From the NCBI GenBank assembly GCA_012295275.1, contig CM022673.1, forward strand, positions 23,436,001 to 23,500,000: 64,000 bases of DNA, in the 5' to 3' direction. Below are positions 27,093-41,298 of the stretch, in pieces; position 1 is the stretch's first letter; every line of letters begins with the position of its first letter. The stretch is from Chrysomallon squamiferum (lineage: Eukaryota > Animalia > Mollusca). A program made the translations under genes and the position numbers. Below the pieces are notes generated by a model. The model did not search any database and was not told the DNA's origin. It saw nothing but the letters and a program-made list of their open reading frames with translations.

Positions 27093-29925
27093 TTAAATGT
27101 TTACATTATCCAAAGAATATCATAAAATGTACCTTAACATTAAATACTTACCACAATCTGAAAAATATTCAGTGTACACAGATATTAAGTGTTCTGTACT
27201 TACTGTATTTAAAGGAAATACTTTCAATGAACATAAAATTAATTAGTTACATATTCTAATAGAGAAACTTTCTATTAATATGACTAATTGCATTCTACAG
27301 AAAACTAAGTGTACATAATATTAAATAGGTACCATTTTCAAATAAATGTTTAATGAGTCTGAATAATAAATATTAATATTTTCCAGAAAATTGACAGTAT
27401 TTATTTTTATTAAATGTTTGTTTATATTTTGGAACCTTTAGATCAAGAATCTTCTAGTTACAGCCAGTAAAAATGATTTTATTGGCTAAATGTTTTATTA
27501 TATAAATTTCATTATAATTATTTTTTGAAAATTTTACTGTTCAAATTTAGTGGTTGCCCAGTCATTTACTTAATAATACATTAATTTTCATTAACAACAA
27601 ATATCCTGTCTGTATGTTTATCTCCCGTTAGTTTCATGTCCTATTTGTTGAACAACCAGTTGGTATACAGTCAAATTAGGGACTAATTAAGCAAACCTCT
27701 ATGATAGTCACTGCCTGAATTTGACTGAATTTAATATCTGCCATAAAATTGTGATATATTTCCTAGTGCCATATGTATCGTTCAGATGTATTATTCTTAT
27801 GTTATGTGATTGAATTTATAATAAATGGATGTGAATATATATTTCTAAGCTGACTGTGTAACACCTCGGGAGATGAGTCCATTATTGCAGCTAGATAGAA
27901 AGTATAATTATGATTAGCAGTTCATTCAGCTATGAACTTTGTTGTTATAAGATGTATAACAAATGGGAGGATACCCTCTGTATATGTGTTTGTATGTATG
28001 TATATATAAAGTTGACAATTAGTGCAGAAATAACAAAATAAACTATACTGTAACAAATTATTGATGTTATTATAAGTATTTTATTTCCACTTTAAGATCC
28101 TCAAATTCATCTGCCATGGCACCCATAGGAATTAGTCATTATAATGATATTCAGTTAGTTTCCAGATGAATTAAATATATTTTCAAATAATTTATTATGA
28201 TCATTATTTCTAGCAAATGCCATATATTAAGTTTCTATCATCGAATTATTAATTATGTTGTATTATAACAATGTTTAGGAAAAATTATACAAATGTAGTC
28301 AGAGCAAACCTTCCATATAAAACATTTAAAAGTATTAATGCAACAAAATTAAAAATGAAATAATCAAACCAGTACAAACAAAACAATAATAATCATCGTT
28401 GTCATCGTAATCCTGTGAGGATTCTATGTAAATGTACGTGCACATAAACTATAGATCAAAACTTCAAAATATTACACAAACACTCATTTATCTACACATG
28501 CTGATCGTACAATAAACTGTTGTGTATTAACCAACACTACTGGAAATACGTTAAAAGAAAAAGTCAGAAGACTGTTCAATAAAGAAAATTATGTATTTTA
28601 AAAATATAATTGAAATATATATATATATTAACTTTTGCGGTCAAATGAGAAAAATATAATTTGCTGTGTCACATTTTTAATATATATATATATATATAAC
28701 TTTTTGATTTATCTATTTATTTTATATTCTATTTGAATTTCAGTGAAACATAATGTTAATAATATAGATATAATAATTGATTATTAGTTGCAATCACAAC
28801 TAGTTGCAAATGGACAGATGTAATTCCTGTTTTCACATAAATGAATTGACTTGAATGTTCTTCACTCGTATCCTCCATTGTTTTAAATACATGTCAAATA
28901 TATTATTCACCATTATCACTGTAGTCTTGTAACAGTTTAAAACATTTTAGCTTAGCCTGAGCTTTAATTTCAAGTACGTAATGAAAATCTGTGTTGTGGC
29001 AGTATCCCAGCTCATCATTTTAAAGAAATGCAGACAATATTCACAAGAACATTAGAAATTTGGATTCATACTGTCATTTACTAATGAATCAATGCATATG
29101 TGTCTAATGCGAAAAGACCTTCACTAGTGTTGCCATAAAACATGCTAAAATGAAAGACCACTGATGTATTGGATCTACACATCTACTTAACTTTTATTAT
29201 TATTATTTTTTTTTTTTTTTACCTGCCTGGGGATCGGTGAAGGATCAAGGATTCCATGAAGGGATCGATAGTCTAAAACATTTGGGGACCCCTGGGCTAA
29301 ATCAAGTACTAAGATATCGTTCTGAAAACTTATTACCTGTAGGGAAATAGGCACCGTGCATCAATTAATTATAAAAAAAAAATATATATATATATATTTT
29401 TTTTTTTTTTGTTTTCTGGTATAGACTATAAACAAAAACAAAAGATTTTTTTATTGGCAAATGTTAAAACTTTTTTTACTTTTATTTACCAAAATTATCG
29501 ATATCACCATTTAATTCAATTTTTAAAATTTTATTTCTTCTGTTTTTTTTTTTTTTTTTCTCAAAAAGATCAAACAAATTTCAGCCCCGCTTACACACAT
29601 ACATTGCGGACTGGGTCTGAAGGTTTTACCCCCAAAAAAAAAAAAGTAAAAGGCATACATGAACTGCTCTTCAACATAACGCAAAACGAAAGCAGTGGGT
29701 CTTTAAACATGATATTTGACCCCAAATGGTTTTACTCGCCGAAAAGTATGGTAGATGGGGAACAAATTAAAATAAAATATATTTATTTTAAAATGCATTA
29801 TTATTATTGCTGTGTTGTTATTATTGACAATGATTCGTTACAATGTATGCAGAGCACGGACAAAAAAATTATCGTTTTCAGAAACATAGTCACGATTGAC
29901 GTATCTTTGATATGACCCCGGAAAG

Positions 29926-30347
29926 ATGGCTGCCACTTCACTGAATGTTGTACCAAAGAAAGAATTATTCGATTTCGTTGTACGATGCATGGTTGCTGTA
30001 GGCACAAAAAACAGCCACGCAGAAGCTTTAGCTAATTTACTGGTTACAGCAGATGCGCGAGGCATTTACAGTCATGGGCTTAACAGACTTGGTAAGTTAG
30101 TAAAACGTTGAGTAGTATTATTGCTGGGCCCTCTTAAGTGTATCGGAAGGCCTTGCTATGGTTCGACGGTAATGCCCTCTTAAGTTTATCGGAAAGACTT
30201 GCTATTTGAGTATTGTTCGACAGTAATTCTCAGTATTTTATAGTTTATTGACAATTTTTTATTTTTTATTATTATTTTTTTTTAACCACGATACAACAAT
30301 CAATGTAATAAAAACAAACAAACAATAAATAAAGCAATGAAGAATTG

Positions 30348-30420
<73 letters not shown>

Positions 30421-30433
30421 CAACACAATTAAT

Positions 30434-30472
<39 letters not shown>

Positions 30473-31734
30473 AAAAATAAATAAAATAAAAATAATAATA
30501 AAATGAAATGAAATAATATAAATAAATAAATACCAACTCAAGAATAACTAGATATGATATTGATTATTAAGAAAACATTATATATAAAATCACAGAGCAG
30601 ATTCTGATATTATCAAATAAAACTGTATCAATAACATTATAATCTACACATACAGACACATATATTATTTCATATATATATATACACATTGTAAAAAATG
30701 TCTATTGTTTCAGATATGTATGTAAATGATATCAGAACTGGAGTGACTGTGCATAACTGTGAGCCAACGGTTGTCAAAGAAACAGCAGCAACTGCATATG
30801 TGGATGGACATAATTTATTAGGTACATACTATGCTGTATTTAGTCCATGACCTAGTATTGTTGTTTATGTATGTAACATACTTTAAACTGCATAACATTC
30901 AGAGTATGAAAGATCTGATATTTTGGCATTTGAAACTAAAATAAAGTTGTATATGTGTGTTTATCACAGTCAGAGTTGGTTAGTTTTTTTTTCCATTTTA
31001 CTGATGATTTGACACAATATGACCCTGAGATAAAATAAGATATTTGTTATTGGAGATTTAGTAATAACAACCTATTTAGTATTTTCTCCTTCATTTTATT
31101 TTGATTTGACATTTAGGATAAACCCATTTAACATGTTAGAAACATGTTAGAAATATGCTGCTATATTTGATTAATTATTTATACCTTTTTTCTTTCTTTT
31201 TTTTGTCTCTGAAAGGTCCAGTGGTTGGTAATTTTGGAATGAATATTGCAATACAAAAAGCCAAAGAAGCAGGAGTTGGCTGGGTTGTGGCATCCGGTAA
31301 GAAAAACAAAAACAAAACAATTAAAAATTTGCCAGTTAAGGGGTATAATACTAATGAACTATATGTGTCTTTTCATTATCTGCTGCTAGGACATGTCTAG
31401 AAAATTTATACACTTTTTGATTCAAGAAATTTGCTGACATTAGGTAACTGAAAACTGTATATACTTTTTATTGTAATAAATTTGGTTATTTAGTTTTATC
31501 TATTTACAATTTAGGTTCTAACCATTTTGGAATAGCTGGCTGGTACTCCATGATGGCTATGGAACATGGTCTTATGGTTTGTATTTTTGTTGCATTTCAT
31601 AATAGTAGTGGTAATAATAATAACATTTATACAATTCAAAAACACTGCAGAGAAAAAATAAAAAACACTCATACACAGAAACACACACATATATACACCG
31701 ACAATCTTTTTTTATTCAAACATAGTTATATATA

Positions 31735-31782
<48 letters not shown>

Positions 31783-32869
31783 ATACAAACACAAGTTCTA
31801 ATTCTCACTCCATCAGAGTCAAACAGAGAAGTGAAATTCTAGTTCCAGAATTAGCTATGTTTTTTGTTTTGTTACTATTACATGTTTTTATTTTCAGAAG
31901 ATTAAGAAAATTAATTTAAATTGTTGATCTTACTAAGTATTTTTGTTCTAACTGACAGGGAATGGCATTCACAAATACCTCTCCTCTCATGGTCCCCACA
32001 CGAGCCAAAAAGGTAAAAGTTAATTTATTATAAGAATAGCTCATGCAATAGAGATCCCACATTTTCTATATCATATTATTGTTTCTAAAAAGTTTTGAGA
32101 CATAAATAAACAGATATTATTATTATTATTATTAATTTATTAATAGATATATTTATTTTTAATGTATTCTTAATGCTTGGGTGTCATTAAACATTAATTC
32201 CTTAATTTTATTTAGACTAAAAAATAAAGCATCAATTATAACCAAGCAAGTCAAACATTGTACAAACTAAATATGCTCTGTGCATGTTTAATCAATACAA
32301 TAATCCAAAAATAAATACCATTAACAGACAAAGATGTTTAATTATCTGCAGGCTGCTCTTGGAACAAATCCAATAAGTCTTGCAGCTCCAGCTAAAGATG
32401 GCGACAGTTTTGTTTTGGATATGGCAACAACAACTGTAGCTTTAGGCAAGGTTAGTACAAATGTGATTATAACTAGTAGAATATCTTTTAATAAATTTGA
32501 GGATATATGTGAAAGAAATTTACAAAATATTTAGAAAGCTTTTGGAGAGTTTTTAATTTCTAAAAGTTATTGTTATCTTCATCATTATTATTATTAATAA
32601 TGATAAAATACTTTTTTCTTAATACAGTATGATTAGATTATAATTTTTAAATTTTGTTGTTATCTTTATTAGTATTGATTTGTGATTATTGTTATTGCTG
32701 TGCTAAAATTAATGTGGGTTTTTTTCTGTTCAGGTTGAAATATGTGACAGAAAAGGGGAAGCAATTCCAGCAACTTGGGGTGTTGATGAAAATGGAAAGG
32801 TATTTGAACATTTATTAAAATATTATAATGAAGAACAATCTATATAGTAATGTATTTATACTACTACTT

Positions 32870-32905
<36 letters not shown>

Positions 32906-35900
32906 TTACTATTAATAATAATAATATTGATAATGATAATGATGATGATGATAACACTGGTGATAATGATGGTGGTAATGTTAATAACAAGTATAACAAC
33001 AACAACAACAAAGTGATAATAAGAAGAAGAAGATGAAAAATCCTAACAAATATAATAAAACTCTAAGGTATTAACTGTCTTTGTCACATATGAACTGTTT
33101 TTCTCCATTCAGACAAGTCAGGATCCAGCCAGGATTGTTTCAAAAGGAGCTTTGTATCCATTAGGAGGACCAGAAGAATGTGGTAAGAGATATTTTTATT
33201 TATAGTTCTAAGAGTTCCCAAAATGAGCTGCTTAAAATATACCAACCTATAAGTACCATCAAAGTACTGAATAACAGAAAAAATATAACTGAAGAGAGAA
33301 AAAAAGAGAATAAATTAATGACTAAGGTAGAAAAAAAAAAAAAAAATTATGTGTCTCAAAGAATAACAAACAAGAACAAGTAATAATAAAAAGAAGTAAT
33401 AAATTGAAAAAATCCCAGCAAAAACAAAAAAACAACAAAAATTAAAGAATTAAAATTATCATTTTGACCAACACAAAAACCAACTGTATTATTAATATAT
33501 TTGAATGATTTTCTCCCCTTGCAAAAAAAAAAAAAAAAAAACAACAATCTTCCTCTTAAAAACTAAAAACCTAATAAAAATTAAAAATACATGACAAATT
33601 TCATTTTGTTTCTTTTATTAATTTTTTTTGTAGGTGGTTATAAAGGATATGGTTTGGGAATGATGGTTGAAGTGTTTTGTGGAATTCTTGGAGGTTGTGC
33701 TTTTGGACCAAATATTAGATCCTGGAAAAATACAACAGCACCAGCTAATCTTGTAAGTTTGACATAATCAAAAGATTTAAGGGGATGACACCCTAGGCAA
33801 AAAGATAACAAACTTTGATTAAAAAAAAACAGTTTTTAGGTTTTTGACATGACCATTTAGAAAATGTACATAAAAAATTTACTTTTACAGATAAATGTTT
33901 CAGGTTTTTTGCAAAAGCCCTATAGCTATAATAAGTGGAAATATGGTTTATAAAACTTCATTTGCTTTTTTAATCACCTATCTTTTTTTTTTTCACTATC
34001 CTAACATTTTTTGAAACTATTTGTTCTTTTCATATAACCTTTATACAATTTTCTGTTGTTTCAAAATATGAACAAAATGGATTTTATTTTTTTAAATTTT
34101 AAAAATTTTTGCAAGTATGGAAACAAAGACTAATTTCTTTCTGTTATTTTGTAGAAATACATATCTAACCCCAGACATACATGATGAATCCCAGGAATTT
34201 GAATTATATATATATATAAATATATATTGGTTTGCATTGAAGATGTTCATGAAATAGGGTACAAAAATATTAAAAATGCCAAAAATAAAAGCACCCATTT
34301 GTCATAAAAAAAACCAAAAACCTAAAACAACTAGTATTAGTTTTTATGGTAACAAAAAGGGATTATTTCCATCAAGTTTCTATTCTGTAACATAACAAAT
34401 AATGAATTTTTATTTGACCATTTAAATATTTCAAAAGTAACCTAAGTTTATTTTCCAGAACATCTAAACTGTCCTTTCTTTTTTTTAACATTTTTCTGTT
34501 TTTATTTTTTTTTTTTTGTTTTTTTTTTTTTTTTTAAATTAAATATAATTCATCCTCAGAAAACATTTTTGAAACAGTATTCTGTACATTTTTATAGTTA
34601 TGTGGTTTATTTTGTTTATAATGTCTTTGTGTTTGTTTAACAACACTTAACAATTTTTAACCTTATTTTCTCTTTATCAAGTTACCTCTGTTGCTATTTA
34701 TTTTTTCTATTAATACATAATTTTCAGTTTAAATGAAAAATAATAAAATTAGAATGTAAATTATGATATTTCTGTCTTTCTAATAATATAGTCTAAATTT
34801 TGAAGGAAAAAAGAAATTAAAAGGTGAAATATAACTTTATCATTCTGTAAATAACTTTTAAATGTCTCAATCACTGAATGAATGAAGAAGTTAAAACTAA
34901 TAATCAATAAAAACTAAAACTGATTATGATATTTTTAACTTTCAGGGGCAGTGTTTCATTGCTATAGACCCAAATGCATTTGCTCCAGGATTTGCAGAAA
35001 GAATGAGTGAGTTAATGACTCACTGCAGAAACATGGAACCTGTAAGGAAAAGCCTTTTTAATTTTTTCAAATAACTATAAATTTAAAATCTTTCTGAATG
35101 CCACCAAATTAATGTTTTGTTTGTAGATAGTCTCACATTTTTGTAGAGAATAAAATAACACATTTCAGGGGATGTAAAGGAGAGTAACTTTTGGGTATAT
35201 TCTGTTGAGAAAAAAGATACAAAATCTGTAATACAGTGAGAATATTGAATATTACTGTGTGTGTTGATTTGTCATGTTTTTTTAAAGTTGATGTAAAAAG
35301 AATATTTGAATTTGGTAAACAAAAGTAATTGTAGAATGGCAGCATGTTTCATCTGTCACATAATCATTGAACAAGAAAGTTCTGGTTGAATGTAACAGTC
35401 ATTAATATTAAAATGTGTTGATGTCGTTAAAGAGATATTTATTAAGAATATTGCATTTTATATTGTAAGTGATGTTTTTTCTGTTTTCCATCTGTTAATG
35501 CCTCCATTTGTTTCTGTGTTAATATGCAATTTCACCAGTTGTTTTGCTTGCAAACACAAGTTTTTTTGTGGTTTTGTTCAGTCTTATATGCACTGTGCAT
35601 TTCTATTTGTATTTAAAGTGTGAAGGTGAAACTGAAGTATTAGTTCCTGGGGATCCAGAAAAGAAACATCTGGAAAAGTGTGAAAAACTTGGGGGAATTC
35701 TGTACCACCCAAACCAGATCAAATACGCAGTATGTATTTCATTTTCACTGATATATCACCTTCAGCTATGAAACATGATTAGAGCTAAATTTTAAAACAT
35801 TTCTTGTGTTTGTATCTATGTGTGTGTCCTTGTGTGTGTGTGTGTGTGTGTATGTGTGTGTGAGCGCGTACGTGCGTGCGTGTGTGTATGTGTGCGTTTC

Positions 35901-36314
35901 ATTTTCACTGATATCACCTTCAGCCATGAAACATGATTAGAGCTAAATTTTAAGACATTTCTTGTGTTTGTATGTATGTGTGTGTTCTGTGTGTGTGTGT
36001 GTGTTATATCACCTTCAGCCATGAAACATGATTAAAGCTAAATTATAACATTTCTTGAAATAAGATTTGAAAACTGTAAAGGTTATTAAGGTTATTTAAT
36101 AATACAAGTCAAGATAAGTAAAATGAACATAGTTATAAAGTAAAAAGTACATGTATTAACATTAGTGTTTTTTTTATTTTGATGTATTCATGTATTATGT
36201 ATAAATGAGCATTGGCATATAATATATATATTTATATATACACACATACTTTTTTTTCAGAATTATCTTGCAAAGGAATTAAATATTGAACCAATGAAAG
36301 CTTTTCAAATTTAG
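29926..36314 (+). CDS. Type-2 malate/L-lactate dehydrogenase family (Ldh_2; YjmC/ComC/AllD-like) oxidoreductase, ~361 aa, 12 exons: 29926-30091, 30714-30821, 31216-31296, 31515-31576, 31959-32012, 32352-32450, 32734-32799, 33113-33182, 33634-33752, 34946-35041, 35619-35729, 36261-36314
   Basis: Family motifs occur in order: ADARGIYSHGLNRL, VDGHNLLGPVVG, GSNHFGIAGWY, FTNTSPLMVPT, LGTNPISLAAP, VLDMATTTVALGK, LYPLGG..GGYKGYGL, GQCFIAIDP, VLVPGDPE. The exons splice in frame (1086 nt). Confidence 0.93.
30128..30227. repeat. Two-copy ~47-bp tandem duplication in intron 1 of the dehydrogenase gene
   Basis: GCCCTCTTAAGT(G/T)TATCGGAA..CTTGCTAT...GTTCGAC(G/A)GTAAT appears twice. Confidence 0.8.
35740..36056. 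repeat. Three-copy ~55-75-bp repeat interleaved with (TG)n in the last dehydrogenase intron
   Basis: ATATCACCTTCAGC(T/C)ATGAAACATGATTA(G/A)AGCTAAATT...CATTTCTTG at ~35753, ~35911 and ~36005. Confidence 0.85.
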
Positions 36315-39300
36315 ATGACTTGTCAGGAGAATTGACGTTTAGTGTTTTAATTAAAATGAATAAGCTAATTAGGTGTCAGGAATTATAAGAGAAAACAAAT
36401 CAATAAACAATGTGTATTTAGAATAAATTTTATTTCATTAACAACCAGAACACTTTAAATGATATAATATTCAGTTGATATTTGTATAGGATCATATCTG
36501 TAACAGGGTATTGTGTGTTATGTGTAAATGAGAGATGATGAAATCATGCAAAATTATATTTAAAAAAAGATATATTTTATAATAATATATTTTCCAAATT
36601 TTGATACATTTATGAACTGGTGTATGTATTACATACTTTATTTACTTTTACATATGTAAAAAAGGACAGCAATTAAAATTTATCTATTATGTTATAAACA
36701 AATAGTTTAAATATATTTTGTGTATTAATCTGTACCTACATTTAAAGAAATAGTAATACAAGGAGATCATACATTCACTACAATCAACTGTGACAAATTA
36801 AAACATTTTGCTACTACTTAGAGATTTAAAACTCCTTTATACCTGAGTTTATATTATAGTAGTTAGAGAAAAATAAATATAAATTTATTATCATATTCTG
36901 TGATTTCAACTATGATTCAAGAATAATTAGTTTTTTATTACTATTATATGTTTTTATATTTTGTTATATCACTTGTAAAAAGATAAACAGATATTCATGT
37001 TATTTGCCCAGTAGTTAAGAATGTAACTTTTACTTTTTTGATAATATCAATCCTATAAATGATATCCAATAAGATATATATATATATGAAAAAACATGTT
37101 ACTTGTCTAGATATTTAAATATATATTTATATACATTATTTGTTACTACTTACTATTAATATAAATCGGTGGTTGAATTTAATGTTTTTATTCTCTTTTC
37201 TTTGTGTGTGATCATTTCAAATTGTGTATGCGGGAGAATGAATTTTTTTAATCCAGTAAAGCAAAAAAAAAGTAAACGACCCTCTCACCCAAAACAAAAT
37301 ATTTTATAAAAGCTAACCCATCCCATAGTTATTTATAAGTTCGTTTATCAGCACTTTTCCTTTAAAGAATATTTACTTACTGAAATTTTGTATATATGTT
37401 TATGTGTTTTCGTATGTCTGCGTTTGTTTGTGTGTCAAAATCTACACGAAATCTTTATCTGTTTGTCTTCCATAACATTATCTCTAAAGTGGTAAACATA
37501 TAGTTAATGTGAAACCATACTTTAGTATAATACAGGAATGTTCTTGCTCCATTAGTAGATCATTATTTTAGACTAGTTGGACCCTCCTGGCAAAAATCAT
37601 TGTGACATTCTGTAAAGTAATAGAGGCTTTAAATATTGATTATAAAAGCTGATTTTAGATCTACGTTATTTATTTCAAAAAAATATTTATTTGTGGGTTT
37701 GTTTTTTATTCATTAATATATTAACTTCATTTACAATATGTAATTTTTACTGAATAGTTTTTATTTATTTTCTTTTTTTCTTTTATCTAAAATGCATTTT
37801 TTACTTCTTTTTCTAACAATGGCCTCCAGCAATTAATAATGCGACTATAACTGTTTTAGATGACAATATTTGAAAACTACGTGTGATCATATAAATAAAT
37901 AATAAAATGTATAAAAATTACATTGTAATAAATAACAAACTGGTTCCTACATTCATTAACACAAACACATACATATACAAAACACTTATTCACTAATGCG
38001 ATTGTAAAATATAAAAGAATTTAAAAAAAAGAAGAGAGAAAAGGGAAAACAAATGCACGATACTTCACATACATTTTCCTAATAATTAAAAAAATCAGAA
38101 TAACATAAGATGGACCTATGTTTAGGCCTGAAAGCTGTGATCGTCTGTTTGGGTGACATCAATCATTTAGTACACAGTAAGAAAAAAGAAAAGAAAAAAA
38201 TGATAAAATTTACCGAGAGATTTGTTTTACATTCGTATTAAATTTCATACACATACACGATAAATATTGCAATTTTCTTTATTCTGTGATAGCCTAAATA
38301 AATTAATTTTTTCATCAAAGAATGAAACTTGAAGTTGAACCTGTTGGTTTATCAACAAGTTCCATAGTTAATCAGGAAAATACGACTGGGTCCAGGAATT
38401 AGTAATTATGTCAGAAAGTTAATACTGTTGTTTCTTATGTATATTCACCAACAACAACAACAACAACAACAACACACAAAATCGAAAATATAATTTTCTG
38501 ACTAAGCTGCTGTTACGTTTGTATATTGTTTGCATTCTGTCTGTATATGTATCGGCTAAACATAAACACACACGTAAGTCCAAAAATGAGGGTTCTCTTT
38601 CGATGGAATTTTTAATTTTTAATTTAAAATTTTTGTTTTTTGTTTTTACTATTCATGTCGATATTTCTTCCCTGTTTTATGTTTTCAGTTTATACTATAT
38701 AACCAGAACAAGTATTCTTGCATATACAAGAAACTAGTAGTAATTACTGGTTAAAACCTAAGACGACATTACAACTGTAGGCTGACTGTTTATGTTTCTG
38801 CAATAGCGGGTAATCAAGACAATGACATTTCGCACTTCCTCTATCCCTAAGCGATAGTTTCCCCTGAAACTATTCATAACCTGATAAAAGATAAATTAAT
38901 TTAAGTTTCGTATATTAACAACAAATACTATTAGTTCTGTATAACTACGAGGAGTGCTATTGTTATTGTAATTATTATGGCTGATACTGTTATCACAGCA
39001 ACAAATACTATTACCTGTACTGTTACGATTACTATAAAGACAGCAATTTCTATCAGAACTATAACTATCATAACTATTACCACTGTTATTACTTCGACTG
39101 CAACTTTTGCATCAATACAGTTGCTACAACTATAATACTTATATTATATTATATTTTGGGAATAAAACTTGACTAATAATAATAATAATAATGATAATAA
39201 TAATAATAATATTAGACAAACAACAACAACAAAAAACACCAATGACAAACAAACAAACAAACAAAACCTGCAAAAAAAAACCCAAAGACCCCAAAACAAC

Positions 39301-40305
39301 CTAATAACAGAAGAAAACCCAACGCTCTTTAGCAAAAAAACAACAACAACAAACAAAACAACCCCAAGACAAAATTAAAAACACATTATATAATAAAGAA
39401 TTAATAAAAATACGTTCTTCGTCTGAACTGGCTAATCGTATAAACAAAAACATTGTTTAGCCTTGTACGCTATAGATACAAAATAATTTTGGTAATCAAA
39501 AATTCGTTCTTTCCATCGATTTATTTTTCAACTAACGCAAGGCTTCTCTTTCGCCTCTACGCGCATGACCTTTATGGCCGACGTTCGAATTCTGTCTAGC
39601 TTCAGGAAACTAATAAACTTCGAACAACAAATTTGCTTAATGAAGGCAACACAGTGTTAAGGACAACCTCGTTAAAATAGCCCTAGCAGGGAAACACAGA
39701 GAAAGATGTCACATGCTTTGAACTGTGTGAAAATAACTCATTCTAACAGCTTCAAACACTGCAGTGTCGTTGTCCGTACGCAGCGACAGTCAAAATCCTT
39801 GATATTTTTATTTCATTTTTTTCTTTTTTTTTAAAACAGCTCGATATAAAATACTGTCAGTATAAATAATATTCTTCCTATTTTATACGAAAAACCTGGA
39901 ATTTAATAATTTCACTGGACTGTTTTTGTGGTTAATAGTTGTCTGTGAGTGAAAATCTAGTAACATTTTCATAGAAATATTTTGTATTGGGATACAAATT
40001 CTGTCTTGACATATTTGTTAATGGAGTTACAGCATTTAAATAATACTGGAAAATAAACGACATAAAATACAATTTTCAGAAAAAAAAAAAGAAGGAAAGA
40101 AAGAAAAAGGCAAAGAAAAAACAAAGAAAATAAATAATTCGGCTTGGCGACGTTACAGTGAAAATCTTCATTGCAATTTTCATCCTGTTATAGTGAATGA
40201 AATTTGATATTCATACAATATTAGGAACTAATAATTTAAATTAAAATTCTGTGTTTAAAGATAAAGTTAAACTAAACTTAAAACGAAAAATAAAAAATAG
40301 CACAG

Positions 40306-41298
40306 ATGGCAGATTCAGAAGAATATGACACCTTATATATCTACGGAATGCGGATCAACAATGTCTACCTTTGGATAGTGTTTGCACTTGGTTTTCCTGG
40401 CAATATAGCATCCTTGACAGCCCTTTCCAAAATGAAGTCTGCCTCTGCTCCTGTATTATACATGGTACTGTTGGCAGTTGCGGACAGTCTTTCTATATTT
40501 ATGAAACTCTTATACCATCAGCTGACATTACGTAAGGTAGAGATGGGACCAGCAGCCTGTAAAACACTCAACTTCTTCACTCTGGTCTTTGCCACGTACG
40601 CGAATTGGCTTATAGTGTTCATGGCCGCGGAAAGGTCTGAAGCTATAGCTAACTTCTTTAGAACGAAATCGAACGGTCGCCGAGTACTGATGCATTGCAC
40701 CTTGTTGGCGATCATGGTTTTAGGAATTTACCTTCATCTCTTTTGGATGTTTACTGACTTGGACGGCATACATTGCGGCATCTATGAGAGGTATGTTCCT
40801 TTCTACGTGGGCGTTTGGTACTGGATATGCGCGACTGTTTACACTTTGGCTCCTACTTTCTTGTTGGTCATCATCGACGTGGTCATCATCTGCAGACTGA
40901 GACAGATGTCAGACATTGTCTCAGATGTCTGTCCTGACCATGGTACGACCGGACCTGCTTTGTCGCGTTACCTAGGCCAGGAGACGTCATCAATGATCCT
41001 CGCAGTTGCTGTCGCATTCGTTGTGATGACGATGCCGCGTTGTCTGTGCATCATCCTGGAAACTCAATGGAGTTACCAGTTCGACACGTTGTCTCATGCG
41101 CAGAAACACCTAATAAATCAGATTACGTTTGTACTGAGTGATGCGCGACATGCTATTAACTTTTACCTCTTCGTGTTCAGTTCTAGGAAGTTTCGCTCTT
41201 CTATTGGATGTTCTTCTGTGAGAGTACGTAAAGATGACAATTCTATGATTATGCTCACCCAGATATCAGAATGCACTGGTAAAGAAAATAGTCTGTAA
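40306..41298 (+). CDS. Intronless rhodopsin-like (class A) GPCR, FMRFamide-receptor/GPR139-142-like orphan group, 330 aa
   Basis: Seven hydrophobic segments. TM1 GFPGN, TM2 LAVAD, TM3 Cys (ACK) and MAAERS (DRY position), ECL2 Cys, TM5 TLAP, TM6 MTMPR, TM7 HAINFYLF and helix 8 SRKFR. Confidence 0.9.
   Translation: MADSEEYDTLYIYGMRINNVYLWIVFALGFPGNIASLTALSKMKSASAPVLYMVLLAVADSLSIFMKLLYHQLTLRKVEMGPAACKTLNFFTLVFATYANWLIVFMAAERSEAIANFFRTKSNGRRVLMHCTLLAIMVLGIYLHLFWMFTDLDGIHCGIYERYVPFYVGVWYWICATVYTLAPTFLLVIIDVVIICRLRQMSDIVSDVCPDHGTTGPALSRYLGQETSSMILAVAVAFVVMTMPRCLCIILETQWSYQFDTLSHAQKHLINQITFVLSDARHAINFYLFVFSSRKFRSSIGCSSVRVRKDDNSMIMLTQISECTGKENSL

Noticed and set aside
29409-29915. 168-aa ORF upstream of the dehydrogenase
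   Set aside because: Non-ATG start, poly-T/A derived low complexity and no recognisable domain. It overlaps the likely promoter region.
29926-36314. Recent horizontal transfer or contamination for the bacterial-like dehydrogenase
   Set aside because: Eleven canonical introns and host-like composition indicate long residence in this genome.
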